A stretch of DNA of 64,000 nucleotides from a virus (IMGVR_UViG_3300000216_000003:32001-96000), one strand, 5' to 3'. Shown: positions 36,437 through 45,894, counted from the stretch's first letter. Notes: generated from the letters alone by a model not told the origin. Made by a program: numbers and translations.

Positions 36437-37069
36437 ATGGGAATGTTTGATACGTTTATCGTTGAATATAAAGGACGAGAACTAGAAATCCAGACTAAAC
36501 GATTCGGTTCTAATATGGATGAATGGCGAATTGGAGATGTTGTTGAAGGATCCCCTGTTGGTATTCACACATATTATGAGACAGTATGGGCTGATAGTGA
36601 AGGTAATATTAAACATACAAAAGACGTTACAAGTATAGAAATATATATTACACTTGCTAGTTTTGTTTTTGTTGATGCTATTGTAGTAGTTAAAGAAAAA
36701 GAATCCGAAAAGAAAGATATCCTTATTACTATTGGATCTTTAAATAGTAAATGGTCAGATACTAATACTTTTATTAATTTTGCAGTAGGGCAACTATTTA
36801 AAAAACAACAACAAATTAAAAAATTAGATAATATTATTACATCCACCCTTGCTGATATTAAATATTGGAAACGAGATCATACAAAAGAAGAATCAACCCA
36901 TTATGTATTAAGAAGTATTACTAAATTACATCATGGAGAGTTTCTAAAGCTACTTACAGATTCTGAATTTATAGATGCGCTATATAATAAAATAGAAAAG
37001 AATAAAAATATACAAGTTATTACAACCACATTAGAAATTGAAAGTGAATTAGAACAATATAAACTTTAA
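36437..37069 (+). CDS. Hypothetical phage protein (MGMFD-type N-terminus)
   Basis: MGMFDT...IQTK. Confidence 0.7.
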   Translation: MGMFDTFIVEYKGRELEIQTKRFGSNMDEWRIGDVVEGSPVGIHTYYETVWADSEGNIKHTKDVTSIEIYITLASFVFVDAIVVVKEKESEKKDILITIGSLNSKWSDTNTFINFAVGQLFKKQQQIKKLDNIITSTLADIKYWKRDHTKEESTHYVLRSITKLHHGEFLKLLTDSEFIDALYNKIEKNKNIQVITTTLEIESELEQYKL

Positions 37070-37107
37070 AGAGGGTAATACCTCTTTTTATTTTAAGGAT
37101 TTAAAAT

Positions 37108-38154
37108 TTGAAATTACAAGATGCATCCAAAGTTATTTATGAACAAAAATATCAATTAAAAGATTTACATGGAAATCAAGTTGATAAAGATGTAAATGAT
37201 ACATTTAGACGAGTGGCTAAAGCAGTCGCTAGTGTAGAAGTTAATATGCCAGTAAAATGTAATATATGCTTTGGTTCAGGCGTATGTGTAAAGCCATTAA
37301 TAGCCCCAGAACCTCCAGATGTACCATGTCCTAATGGATGTAAAAAATCTGAAGGAGATTTTGATTTAGTAACATTCTGGGAAGGACAATTTAACTGGGC
37401 ACTAAATAATGGACTACTTGGCGCTGGTCGTATCATGGCTAATGCTGGAGCCGAAGAATATAAACCAGGGACAAGTCTAATTAATTGCACAGTTTCAGAT
37501 ACTATGCCTGATAGTATGGAGGGTATCTTTAAAGTATTGAATCAAGCAGCACTTACACTGAAAAGTGGTGCCGGAATCGGTTATGAATTTAGTACCCTTC
37601 GCCCAAAAGGTGCGATGGTTAATGGTGTGGGGGCAAGTACCTCCGGACCTTTGAGTTTTAGCGACATATTTGAGGCGATGTGTCGGACGATTAGTAGCGC
37701 CGGCGGTAGACGTGGAGCTCAGATGATGACGTTTTCAATTTCACATCCTGATATTGAAGAAGTTATTAATGTTAAACGTGAAGATGGTCGTCTTCGCAAG
37801 TTCAATATTTCCATTCTTATTACTAAAGATTTTATGGAAGCAGTTAAAGATGATGCTGATTGGGATTTATATTTTCCAATGTCTAAGGCTGAGGATCCGA
37901 CTAAAGTAAAGACTATTGCTAAAGAATGGCCAATATACGATAAAAATCATCTATATTATGAATCTCCTGAACCTGAAAATAAAAGAGAAGCTATTTGCAG
38001 GGTATATAAAACTGTTAAAGCCCGAGATTTATATAATAAGATAATGAAATCTACTTATGATTATGGAGATCCCGGATTTATTCTAATTGACGAATATAAT
38101 GATAAGAATAATCTATGGTGGGCTGAACTTATTAGAGCAACTAACCCGTGTGGT
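37108..38154 (+). CDS. nrdJ: Class II (B12-dependent) ribonucleotide reductase NrdJa, exon 1
   Basis: AGRIMANAG, SLINC, GAGIGYEFSTLRPKG, GGRRGAQM, ATNPCG. Confidence 0.9.
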
Positions 38155-39014
38155 AGGTAAATTGTTTGCCTCACGTTAAAAAATTCTGTTAATTGCTGGA
38201 AGCCTTAACTGGTAATCAGCAGCCAAACCTAATTAATAGTAGGAAGGTTCAGAGACTACAGGTAATGACATCAATTTAAAGGAAAGTAATTCCAATGGAA
38301 ATACTAACATCAAAACAGATTAAAAAAATAATTTTAGGTATTTTAGTATCTGATGGGTATATTATAAAAGAACAAAGATTTGGGTTTGGAAATAAATCAA
38401 AAGAATATGTTGATTATACAAAGAGTGTATTGGATCAAATAACTGGTGTGAATTCAAGTATTACTAAACGATTTTATAAAAATTACAGTACTACTGGGCA
38501 TCAATTAAACAATACAAATAAACATCCTTATTTTCGAAAACTACGCAAGATCTTTTACCCAAATGGGAAAAAAACACTTACTCCATACATCTGTAATAGA
38601 TTAGATGCGCAAGCATTTGCCCATATATGGATGGGAGATGGTACGTTGAAACATACAAAAAACAGAGTAAAAAATACTATTCAAAATAATGGTATTCTCT
38701 GTTTAGAGAGTTTTACAATTCCAGAATTAGAATTATTAGTTAATCGTTTAAATTTATTTAATATCCATTCAACACTTATAAAAGTACCATGGGGACATGG
38801 ATACAGAGTTCGTTTTATGGGACCACATTTACAAAGATTTATGTCTTTGGTGTATCCTTATATATTGGATGATTTCAAATACAAGACTCGTCTATATTAT
38901 AAAACGAAATTATATGTTGATATGTCATTACCGAATGCAGAACATTATGTGATAGAATATTCACATATTGATGATATAGTCCGATCTTCTTAGAAATAAG
39001 AAGTTAACATTTTG
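38155..39014 (+). mobile_element. Group I intron (860 nt) in nrdJ
   Basis: P1 with U-G at splice site (GGT|AGG pairing with TTTGCC); core elements AATTGCTGGAA 38191, AATCAGCAG 38214, TTCAGAGACTA 38248, GATATAGTCC 38973; terminal G; splicing restores NPCG-EQGLP. Confidence 0.92.
38295..38993 (+). CDS. Intron-encoded LAGLIDADG homing endonuclease
   Basis: Two motifs, ILGILVSDG and FAHIWMGDG; FYPNGKK; ESFT. Confidence 0.88.
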   Translation: MEILTSKQIKKIILGILVSDGYIIKEQRFGFGNKSKEYVDYTKSVLDQITGVNSSITKRFYKNYSTTGHQLNNTNKHPYFRKLRKIFYPNGKKTLTPYICNRLDAQAFAHIWMGDGTLKHTKNRVKNTIQNNGILCLESFTIPELELLVNRLNLFNIHSTLIKVPWGHGYRVRFMGPHLQRFMSLVYPYILDDFKYKTRLYYKTKLYVDMSLPNAEHYVIEYSHIDDIVRSS

Positions 39015-40220
39015 GAACAAGGTTTACCCGCCCATGGAGCATGCTTACTTGGCTCTATTAATTTAACTCATTTTGTTAATAACCCATTTAGTATTAATCC
39101 GCAATTTGATAGTGAAAAGTTTAAGAAAGTCATCGCTATTGCTACAAGATTCTTAGATAATGTTGTTGAAATTAATGGACTCCCATTAGATGAGCAACAG
39201 AAAGAACTATATAGAAAACGCAGACATGGTCTGGGTATTGCTGGACTTGGAAGTACACTATGTATGTTAAAAACTAAATATGGCTCACCAACTGCTATTA
39301 AATTCACAGAAAAAATAACTAAGATTATGGCAATTCAAAGTTATGAAACTGGTGTTGAATTAGCAAAAGAAAAAGGTGCTGCTCCTATTTTACTTGAAAC
39401 ATTTCCAATTAATTTTGAAATTGAAAATCGTTTAGAAGAAGCTGGTATGGATTCTGACTATATTAGTTTAAGTTCTCCAAAAGAAGGGGAAGTTAAAGGT
39501 AGTTGGCTTATGGCATCTTCGAAGTATTTTAAAGATTTTCCAAAACAGTTAGTAGATGATATTGGAGCATATGGTTGTAGATTTAGTCATGCTACTAGTA
39601 TTGCACCAACAGGTACTATTAGTTTAAGTTTCTTTAATAATTGCAGTAATGGAATTGAACCATCATTTAGTCATTATTATCAACGTAATATTATTAAAGA
39701 AGGTAAAAATACTAAAGATATGGTAGATGTTTATAGTTATGAAATTCTAAAATATAAAGAATTTCTAGATAATACTGATAACCCCCATACAGTAGTAGAT
39801 AATAAGATTGAAGATATTATTGCTAATGGATTACCTGATTACTTTGTAGCTGCGCATGATGTTTCTCCAAAAGAACATATTGATATGCAAGCCGCAGCTC
39901 AACGATGGATTGATTCAAGTATCAGTAAAACTGTAAATATCCCTACTGATTATCCATATGAGAAATTTCAAGATTTATATATGTATGCTTACGAACAAGG
40001 ACTTAAAGGATTAGCAGCATATAGACATAATCCTGACGGTGGTCAAGTAGGCGTATTAGTAAAGAAAGATGAATTAGCAAAGCAGAAATATAGATTTAAT
40101 CTTGAAGATGGTTCAACTGTTGAATTATCTGGTGATGAAGAAATTGAATATGATGGACAAATGCATAATGTTGCAAATCTTCACGAGTCACTAAAAGAAG
40201 GGTTGTATGGCAAAATGTGA
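39015..40220 (+). CDS. nrdJ: Class II ribonucleotide reductase NrdJa, exon 2
   Basis: EQGLP.HGACLLGSINL, RRHGLG, SIAPTGTIS, SNGIEP, WIDSSISKTVN. Confidence 0.9.
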   Translation, partial: EQGLPAHGACLLGSINLTHFVNNPFSINPQFDSEKFKKVIAIATRFLDNVVEINGLPLDEQQKELYRKRRHGLGIAGLGSTLCMLKTKYGSPTAIKFTEKITKIMAIQSYETGVELAKEKGAAPILLETFPINFEIENRLEEAGMDSDYISLSSPKEGEVKGSWLMASSKYFKDFPKQLVDDIGAYGCRFSHATSIAPTGTISLSFFNNCSNGIEPSFSHYYQRNIIKEGKNTKDMVDVYSYEILKYKEFLDNTDNPHTVVDNKIEDIIANGLPDYFVAAHDVSPKEHIDMQAAAQRWIDSSISKTVNIPTDYPYEKFQDLYMYAYEQGLKGLAAYRHNPDGGQVGVLVKKDELAKQKYRFNLEDGSTVELSGDEEIEYDGQMHNVANLHESLKEGLYGKM

Positions 40221-40527
40221 TCATTCTGATCTATTGAGCCTTGATGAAATGCCTTCGGCTTCGGTCGAAGGTACTTCTGAAAATAATGATTATACTTTAG
40301 AAATTAAAGGGAAAACAATATATATTCCAAATACTCATCTTGTTGGTATTGGATTAATATGTTCAATGATTGATATTAATGGTTATCCTATGTATAAATC
40401 ATTAAAGAGAAATGGCCCAGTATTGGATCAAGTTATAAAAAAACAGATATTAACAGTATTACTAGAAACTGAATCCGAGTCTAATTTTAAAAATGAAATA
40501 ACTAGAGAATTATTGGAGTTAAATTAA
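40207..40527 (+). CDS. Small protein with tag A (ITRELLELN)
   Basis: Last 23 bp identical to those of the next gene. Confidence 0.65.
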   Translation: MAKCDHSDLLSLDEMPSASVEGTSENNDYTLEIKGKTIYIPNTHLVGIGLICSMIDINGYPMYKSLKRNGPVLDQVIKKQILTVLLETESESNFKNEITRELLELN

Positions 40528-40836
40528 ATGTTAGAAATAGGCGGTTTTAAAGTACAAGCGAATGGTAGAATATTAATTTATAGTACCCCGTCTGGGCGAA
40601 ATAATGGAATATATAAAGCTATGATACAAAGAATGTCTGTCCGGGAAATACGTGAATCTATTGATAATTGTTTATATGGAACTGGAGATAGTATGATATA
40701 TGGTATATTAACAGAAGTTATTTATAGAATCCATAATAATGCAGATAAAATACTTGTTATTAAAGGGGTATCTCCTCATATTGAATCATCTAAATATAAG
40801 AATAAAATTACTAAACAATTATTGGAGTTAAATTAA
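40528..40836 (+). CDS. Small protein with tag A (ITKQLLELN)
   Basis: Shares 3' end with previous gene. Confidence 0.65.
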   Translation: MLEIGGFKVQANGRILIYSTPSGRNNGIYKAMIQRMSVREIRESIDNCLYGTGDSMIYGILTEVIYRIHNNADKILVIKGVSPHIESSKYKNKITKQLLELN

Positions 40837-41085
40837 ATGCCACTTTATGGATTTAAATGTGAAGGTTGTAATTACGAAGAAGAAATTGCAGCTAAAATAG
40901 CAGATAGAGATAAACCACAACTATGCCCAAGTTGCAAATTATGTAATATGAAAAGGGATTTATTAATTGGAGCAGTAGTGTATAGCAATAGAATGTTTAG
41001 GGCTATTACTAAAAGCGATACTCCAACAGAAAAACCAAGTCGGACAGCGGTGAAGAAGCATTCAAGATATGCTGGCGAAGATTAA
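40837..41085 (+). CDS. FmdB-like zinc-ribbon protein
   Basis: MPLYGFKCEGC...CPSC. Confidence 0.75.
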   Translation: MPLYGFKCEGCNYEEEIAAKIADRDKPQLCPSCKLCNMKRDLLIGAVVYSNRMFRAITKSDTPTEKPSRTAVKKHSRYAGED

Positions 41086-41102
41086 CGTTTTAAAAGATCT
41101 AA

Positions 41103-41114
41103 TATAGATATTAT
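41103..41114 (+). promoter_or_regulatory. Phage promoter motif TATAGATATTAT
   Basis: Ends 7 nt before tRNA. Confidence 0.72.
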
Positions 41115-41121
41115 AATTTTT

Positions 41122-41199
41122 ACTCCAGTAGCTTAAAGGTAAAGCCGCCCGCTCATAACGGGCCGAGTGCATACGGTTCGAGTCCGGCCTGGAGTACCA
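41122..41199 (+). tRNA. tRNA with CAT anticodon (Met or lysidine-Ile2), CCA encoded
   Basis: Acceptor ACTCCAG/CTGGAGT, D stem GCTT/AAGC, anticodon arm GCCCG-CTCATAA-CGGGC, TTCGAGT loop; irregular T stem. Confidence 0.85.
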
Positions 41200-41229
41200 T
41201 AAATTACCAATGTTGTAATCATTATTAAC

Positions 41230-41278
41230 ACTAGTCTTAGACTTCAAAACTCTAAGGCTAGTATTATTTTTATTTTTA
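41230..41278 (+). terminator. Intrinsic terminator after tRNA
   Basis: ACTAGTCTTAGA/TCTAAGGCTAGT stem plus T-tract. Confidence 0.6.
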
Positions 41279-41300
41279 CAATGACTCTAAAAGGAATAAT

Positions 41301-41561
41301 ATGACTCACCCAAATGGACCAGTTTTTTATATAAACACTGAATATGCACTTCCCAATATATTAACTGAACAAGAAAAAAAAGCATATATTAATATTATAT
41401 TATTTGCAAAAAAAGATAAAAAGAAATATGATATGTTGACTCTTATTACTCGTGAATGTCGAAATAAAGATAAAAAAGATATGTTAACACTTTTATATTC
41501 ACATATTAAGAAGAATAAAATCAAAAAACTCATTCTAAAAGATATAAAGGAATTATCATGA
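41301..41561 (+). CDS. Basic protein with internal KDKKK.DMLTL repeat and tag-A-like end
   Basis: AAGGA RBS; ends IKKLILKDIKELS. Confidence 0.6.
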   Translation: MTHPNGPVFYINTEYALPNILTEQEKKAYINIILFAKKDKKKYDMLTLITRECRNKDKKDMLTLLYSHIKKNKIKKLILKDIKELS

Positions 41562-41857
41562 GTTACGAAGGTACTGAAGAAATTCTATGTGAAAATGGAC
41601 ATCATGAAGCATTTGATTGTTATATGGCTCCAAATCTTAATAGTTGGAAATGTGGAGTATGTGGTAAAAAAGCAGTCTGGTGGAATGCAATCGATGAGAC
41701 TAATGGCATCGATGAAGATACTGGAGTTTGTCCTGGTACTGTTGAATTAGAATTAGTAAAAGATTCGAATGAACCTCTTACAACTTGTCCGACATGTAAA
41801 TGTAATACATATAAAATTCCAGTTTATAAAATACCAGAATTAGGGAGAAGAGATTGA
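41558..41857 (+). CDS. Cys-rich phage protein
   Basis: MSYEG...LCENGH...CGVC...CPTC. Confidence 0.7.
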   Translation: MSYEGTEEILCENGHHEAFDCYMAPNLNSWKCGVCGKKAVWWNAIDETNGIDEDTGVCPGTVELELVKDSNEPLTTCPTCKCNTYKIPVYKIPELGRRD

Positions 41858-42486
41858 CATTATCACTATCCAGTAAAATTGTATCGTCAGAGTTGTTAAA
41901 AAATGATAATCCTTCAATTATAGTAAAACCCGAAAGTACTAATCAACTTACAATTATTGAGAGACCTGATTGTTTAGATGGTAGTACTTATAAACTTAAA
42001 ACCCCTTTAACTGAACATGCTCATTATATTACAATTAATAATATCGAGATTGAAGGCAAACTTTATCCATTTGAAATATTTATTAACTCAAAACAAATGT
42101 CGGCTCAGGAATACGTAGTCGCACTAACACGGGTTATTTCAAGTGTATTTAGAAATTCTCTTCATTTTAAAGATGGTGCTACTTTTCTAGTTGAAGAATT
42201 ACAGGCTGTATTTAGTCCTGGTGGGGGATACTTAAAACAAGGTAGGAGAGTACCATCTATTATTGCTGAATTTGGAGATGTTCTTGAAATCCATTTAGAA
42301 AAAATCGGATGTGTGCCAAAACCAGAAGAATTGCCTGAATATGTACAAGAAAAACGGAAGCAGGCATTAAACACTCCTGGAATAATTGCAAATGCCAGTC
42401 AGTGTTTAGTTTGTCTGAAGATTGCCGTTGTCCGAATGGATAATTGTGATACTTGTCTGGAGTGTGGTGATGGGAAGTGTGGTTAA
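41854..42486 (+). CDS. NrdJb-like subunit (TSCPD-like domain + C-terminal Cys cluster)
   Basis: RP..LDGSTYK, YITIN, PFEIFINSK, ALTRVIS.VFR, CLVC...CDTCLECGDGKCG. Confidence 0.85.
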   Translation: MTLSLSSKIVSSELLKNDNPSIIVKPESTNQLTIIERPDCLDGSTYKLKTPLTEHAHYITINNIEIEGKLYPFEIFINSKQMSAQEYVVALTRVISSVFRNSLHFKDGATFLVEELQAVFSPGGGYLKQGRRVPSIIAEFGDVLEIHLEKIGCVPKPEELPEYVQEKRKQALNTPGIIANASQCLVCLKIAVVRMDNCDTCLECGDGKCG

Positions 42487-42597
42487 TAAAACGTATATTA
42501 ATCCAAATATATTTAAGAGTTCGATAAAATGGCTAACAATTAAACCAAAAGTAAGTTTAACTTGGTATAAGAAAGTAACTGGGTGTAATTTTTACTA

Positions 42598-42885
42598 ATG
42601 GAAATTACTCCAGGTGTATATGTAACAGAGGTAGATAAATCTAGTATAATGCCAATGAGATATACAACACTTACACAAAAAAGATGTCGGAATTTCATAC
42701 TTCGTTGTTGTGGAGTTAATTCTGAAGATATTGAAGTACTGCAAGATATATATCGAACAGAGTATGATCTAGACCTTCTAAAAATGAAGTGGAATACTAT
42801 TAAACCTCGAATAAGTTATGATTGGTATAACTCTATTAGTGATTCACCAGGCATAATGCCTATGATACTGTCTGGACCCATATGA
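42598..42885 (+). CDS. Small protein with tail-sheath-like N-terminal arm
   Basis: Starts MEITPGVYVTEVDKS; remainder paralogous to 42882-43166. Confidence 0.65.
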   Translation: MEITPGVYVTEVDKSSIMPMRYTTLTQKRCRNFILRCCGVNSEDIEVLQDIYRTEYDLDLLKMKWNTIKPRISYDWYNSISDSPGIMPMILSGPI

Positions 42886-43166
42886 TGAGAACTAGAACAT
42901 ATAGGCCTCAAATGAGGGCTACCCGAAATTTTATCTTATATTATTTAGGTGTCTCTAAACCCAATATAGAAATATTAGAGGATATATACTTAACTAATTA
43001 TAAAGACCCTGTAATATTAAAAATGAAATGGAATACTGTTAAAAACGCTCCCTCATATAAGTGGTTTGGGTATATGTGTTGGGAATTTGGACCACAGAGA
43101 GTAAATTTAGTCAGTATGGATCTTGGATTTATAGAAGCTTGTCAAAGGGAAGATGATGAAAAATAA
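42882..43166 (+). CDS. Hypothetical protein, paralog of 42598-42885
   Basis: RNFIL..LGV....IEIL.DIY...LKMKWNT. Confidence 0.7.
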   Translation: MMRTRTYRPQMRATRNFILYYLGVSKPNIEILEDIYLTNYKDPVILKMKWNTVKNAPSYKWFGYMCWEFGPQRVNLVSMDLGFIEACQREDDEK

Positions 43167-43341
43167 AAGGTTAGATTCTTATAGAATCATAGATATTGAA
43201 CTTTCGAATTGTTGTAGTAATTGTAATAATTATATGCTAGCAATGACTCTTGATTATGTGTGTGTTGTAGAACCACCTACAACTCCTATTGTTAAATGGA
43301 ATGGATTATGCGAATTTTATACTTCAATGAGGGATGAATGA
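43153..43341 (+). CDS. Small Cys-rich protein
   Basis: CCSNC...C...GLCEFY. Confidence 0.55.
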   Translation: MMKNKRLDSYRIIDIELSNCCSNCNNYMLAMTLDYVCVVEPPTTPIVKWNGLCEFYTSMRDE

Positions 43342-44462
43342 ATCTTCTTAAAAGAGAAGTAGATAATAGTGAATCAAATATATTAGGATATAGAAAATAC
43401 CAATATGAATTAATTCCTGATTTCTTTAATATATGCTTTCAGTATATGGAAACTATGGGATTCAAATTCGATAGAAGCCAAATAAAATATGATATTATAG
43501 ATGATTATGCATATTATAGTCAGAATCATTATTCTGTTAAAGTTGTAAAAATTTACTTACAAAAAACAGATCCTACTCCATTTCTACATATTACAATTCC
43601 AACACTATTACATGATACATTCTTTAAGATGAATGGTTGTTTCTATGTGCCAGCATTTTATGTTGCAGACTTTCCAATTACAATCAAGAAAAATTCATAT
43701 AAAGTTGAATCATTATTTAAACCACTAACAATCTATTCTAAAGATGGTCGTATTATCTTCCTGGGATCGAATATTCCAGTTTCTAGATTCTTAAGACTAT
43801 ACTATCCAGATGCGGAAGTACGAGATATAGTTAGTGATACATTTAATACTGGATACATAGAAGAAGATTTCGACACTGTTCGTAGAAATATTGCAAGTAT
43901 TATTGGTACCTCTGATAATTTAACTGATATTACTACTAGAATCGATGATTTATTCTTTGATAATTGGACTCGTGAACTATACCAGACTTGTTATAAATTA
44001 GAGAATCCATCAATAAAAAATATACTTGACTTAATTATCAAACGTAAAGTTAAAAGAAATTCTTTTATTGACTTAGATCATAAAAGAATTGTATTTATTG
44101 AGTGGTTGATGAAGCCATTATTTGAAGCAGTATCTAAAGCTGTTAATGGTCTAGTTGCAGGGACTCAGCCGAAGAACATTAACATTGAAGTTGGTGCTAT
44201 CACAAATCACTTCTTTAGTAAAACAGGACTAGGTAGAAATTTCTTCTATGACACCACTAATGGATTTAGTAGTCTACTTGCTATGAAAGCATCATTTAAA
44301 AATCCAGGGGGTAAAAGTGAACTTCCAGCGGAAGTATCTAATATTCATAAGTCGCATAAAGGTAGAGTATGTCCAGTGACTATTAGTAATGCCGCTCCTG
44401 GGCAAGTTGTATCATTAGTACCTAACCAAAATATCAATCTTAAATTTGGAATATTCCAATGA
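43338..44462 (+). CDS. RNA polymerase beta-like subunit, N-terminal part
   Basis: IP.L...FFKMNG; NIHKSHKGRVCPV...PGQVVSL matches bacterial DVH.THYGRVCP...G...SL. Confidence 0.8.
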   Translation: MNLLKREVDNSESNILGYRKYQYELIPDFFNICFQYMETMGFKFDRSQIKYDIIDDYAYYSQNHYSVKVVKIYLQKTDPTPFLHITIPTLLHDTFFKMNGCFYVPAFYVADFPITIKKNSYKVESLFKPLTIYSKDGRIIFLGSNIPVSRFLRLYYPDAEVRDIVSDTFNTGYIEEDFDTVRRNIASIIGTSDNLTDITTRIDDLFFDNWTRELYQTCYKLENPSIKNILDLIIKRKVKRNSFIDLDHKRIVFIEWLMKPLFEAVSKAVNGLVAGTQPKNINIEVGAITNHFFSKTGLGRNFFYDTTNGFSSLLAMKASFKNPGGKSELPAEVSNIHKSHKGRVCPVTISNAAPGQVVSLVPNQNINLKFGIFQ

Positions 44463-44767
44463 AAAAATGGATATATTTAGTATTAGTATTATTTATTCCT
44501 GCATGTAGTTGTAGTGTAAATGTTAATCATGATGATGAATTAGAATTAGAGAAAGAAGATCTCCCGATTTTTAGGATGGATAAAAACATGATAATAAAAA
44601 CTAATACTGGGAATTGTTACGAAGTAGTATATGGATATATAAGCCATAATAATCATGGATATAAAATTTCAGGAATGTCTATGATTAATTGCAGATACTA
44701 TGATGCTCAACAGGAGAAGAGTAATGAGAAAAAGACTGATGTTATTGATGATATTGTTATTCGTTAG
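44459..44767 (+). CDS. Putative lipoprotein
   Basis: MKKWIYLVLVLFIPAC signal peptide with Cys. Confidence 0.55.
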   Translation: MKKWIYLVLVLFIPACSCSVNVNHDDELELEKEDLPIFRMDKNMIIKTNTGNCYEVVYGYISHNNHGYKISGMSMINCRYYDAQQEKSNEKKTDVIDDIVIR

Positions 44768-44814
44768 TGGAATTGATTGTAATTTTTATAAAGGTATTGA
44801 TTAGATAACAAAAA

Positions 44815-45894
44815 ATGAGAATTATATATAAATTTATAAATAGAATAAATGGCAAACAATATATAGGGAAAACAATCGGATCTGTTGAAAAACGGAAACA
44901 AAGACATATGGAAGATGTTAATAATGGATCTGATTGTATTTTCCATAGAGCCATTCGTAAATATGGTATAGATAATTTCGACTTTAAAATTTATGACTAT
45001 ACAGGATTAGTAACGGAAAAAGAATTATTAGAGATAGAACAAGATGAAATATTAAGATTCCGTACTTATGTTAATTTTGAAGATAGTAATGGATATAATA
45101 TGACTCTTGGTGGAGAAGGTTCTTCTGGTGCAAATACAAAACAAGTTAAACAATATGATTTAAAGACCGGTAAAATAATTAAAATATTTAAATCGATAAC
45201 AGAAGCATCTATAGAAACTAATAATAACAGAGTTAATATATCTGCTTGTTGTAGAAATCCAGAAGACTTTAAATCATGTGGTGGATATGGGTGGTGTTTT
45301 ATTGATGATGCCCCACCCATATATACTAATTTATGTTTAACAAAAGTTAAACAGTATGATTTAAAAACATTAGAAGTAATTAAAGTATGGGATTCTATTA
45401 TCGAAGCAAGAGATCTTTTAAAGATTACTAATATTTCATCATGTGTCAATGGACAAATTAAATCGGCCGGTGGATTTGGATGGTGTCATATTAATGACTC
45501 CCCTATAATATATAGTAATAATAAAATAAGAAAAATTAAGCAGTACAATTTAAAAACATTAGAAGTAATTAAAGTATGGGATTCAATGACCCAGATAGAA
45601 GATATCTTAAAAATACCAGTATCTAATATATCAAATATTTGTAATAATAAAAGAAAATCAAGCAGAGGGTTTGGCTTTTGTTTTGATACAGAAACCCCGG
45701 TTAAATTATCTAGAAGAACAACAAATAAGCCTATTAATCAAATAGATTTAAAAACTGGAAAAATAATTAAAACATGGTGTTCACAAACTAAAGCTAAAAA
45801 AGAACTAAATATATCAACAATTACGAATTGTTTAACAAAAAAAATTAAAACAGCCGGCGGGTTTAAATGGGAATACTTAAATAAGGAAGAATAA
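44815..45894 (+). CDS. Free-standing GIY-YIG homing endonuclease with four NUMOD1-like repeats
   Basis: IIYKFINRINGKQYIGKT, GYNMTLGGEG, four KQYDLKT...I...C...K.AGG..W repeats; 37-bp identical DNA repeat at 45359/45548. Confidence 0.9.
   Translation: MRIIYKFINRINGKQYIGKTIGSVEKRKQRHMEDVNNGSDCIFHRAIRKYGIDNFDFKIYDYTGLVTEKELLEIEQDEILRFRTYVNFEDSNGYNMTLGGEGSSGANTKQVKQYDLKTGKIIKIFKSITEASIETNNNRVNISACCRNPEDFKSCGGYGWCFIDDAPPIYTNLCLTKVKQYDLKTLEVIKVWDSIIEARDLLKITNISSCVNGQIKSAGGFGWCHINDSPIIYSNNKIRKIKQYNLKTLEVIKVWDSMTQIEDILKIPVSNISNICNNKRKSSRGFGFCFDTETPVKLSRRTTNKPINQIDLKTGKIIKTWCSQTKAKKELNISTITNCLTKKIKTAGGFKWEYLNKEE

Noticed and set aside
44463-45894. Intron or intein joining the two RNAP beta halves
   Set aside because: No group I core elements or intein termini; two separate ORFs with their own starts fill the gap.
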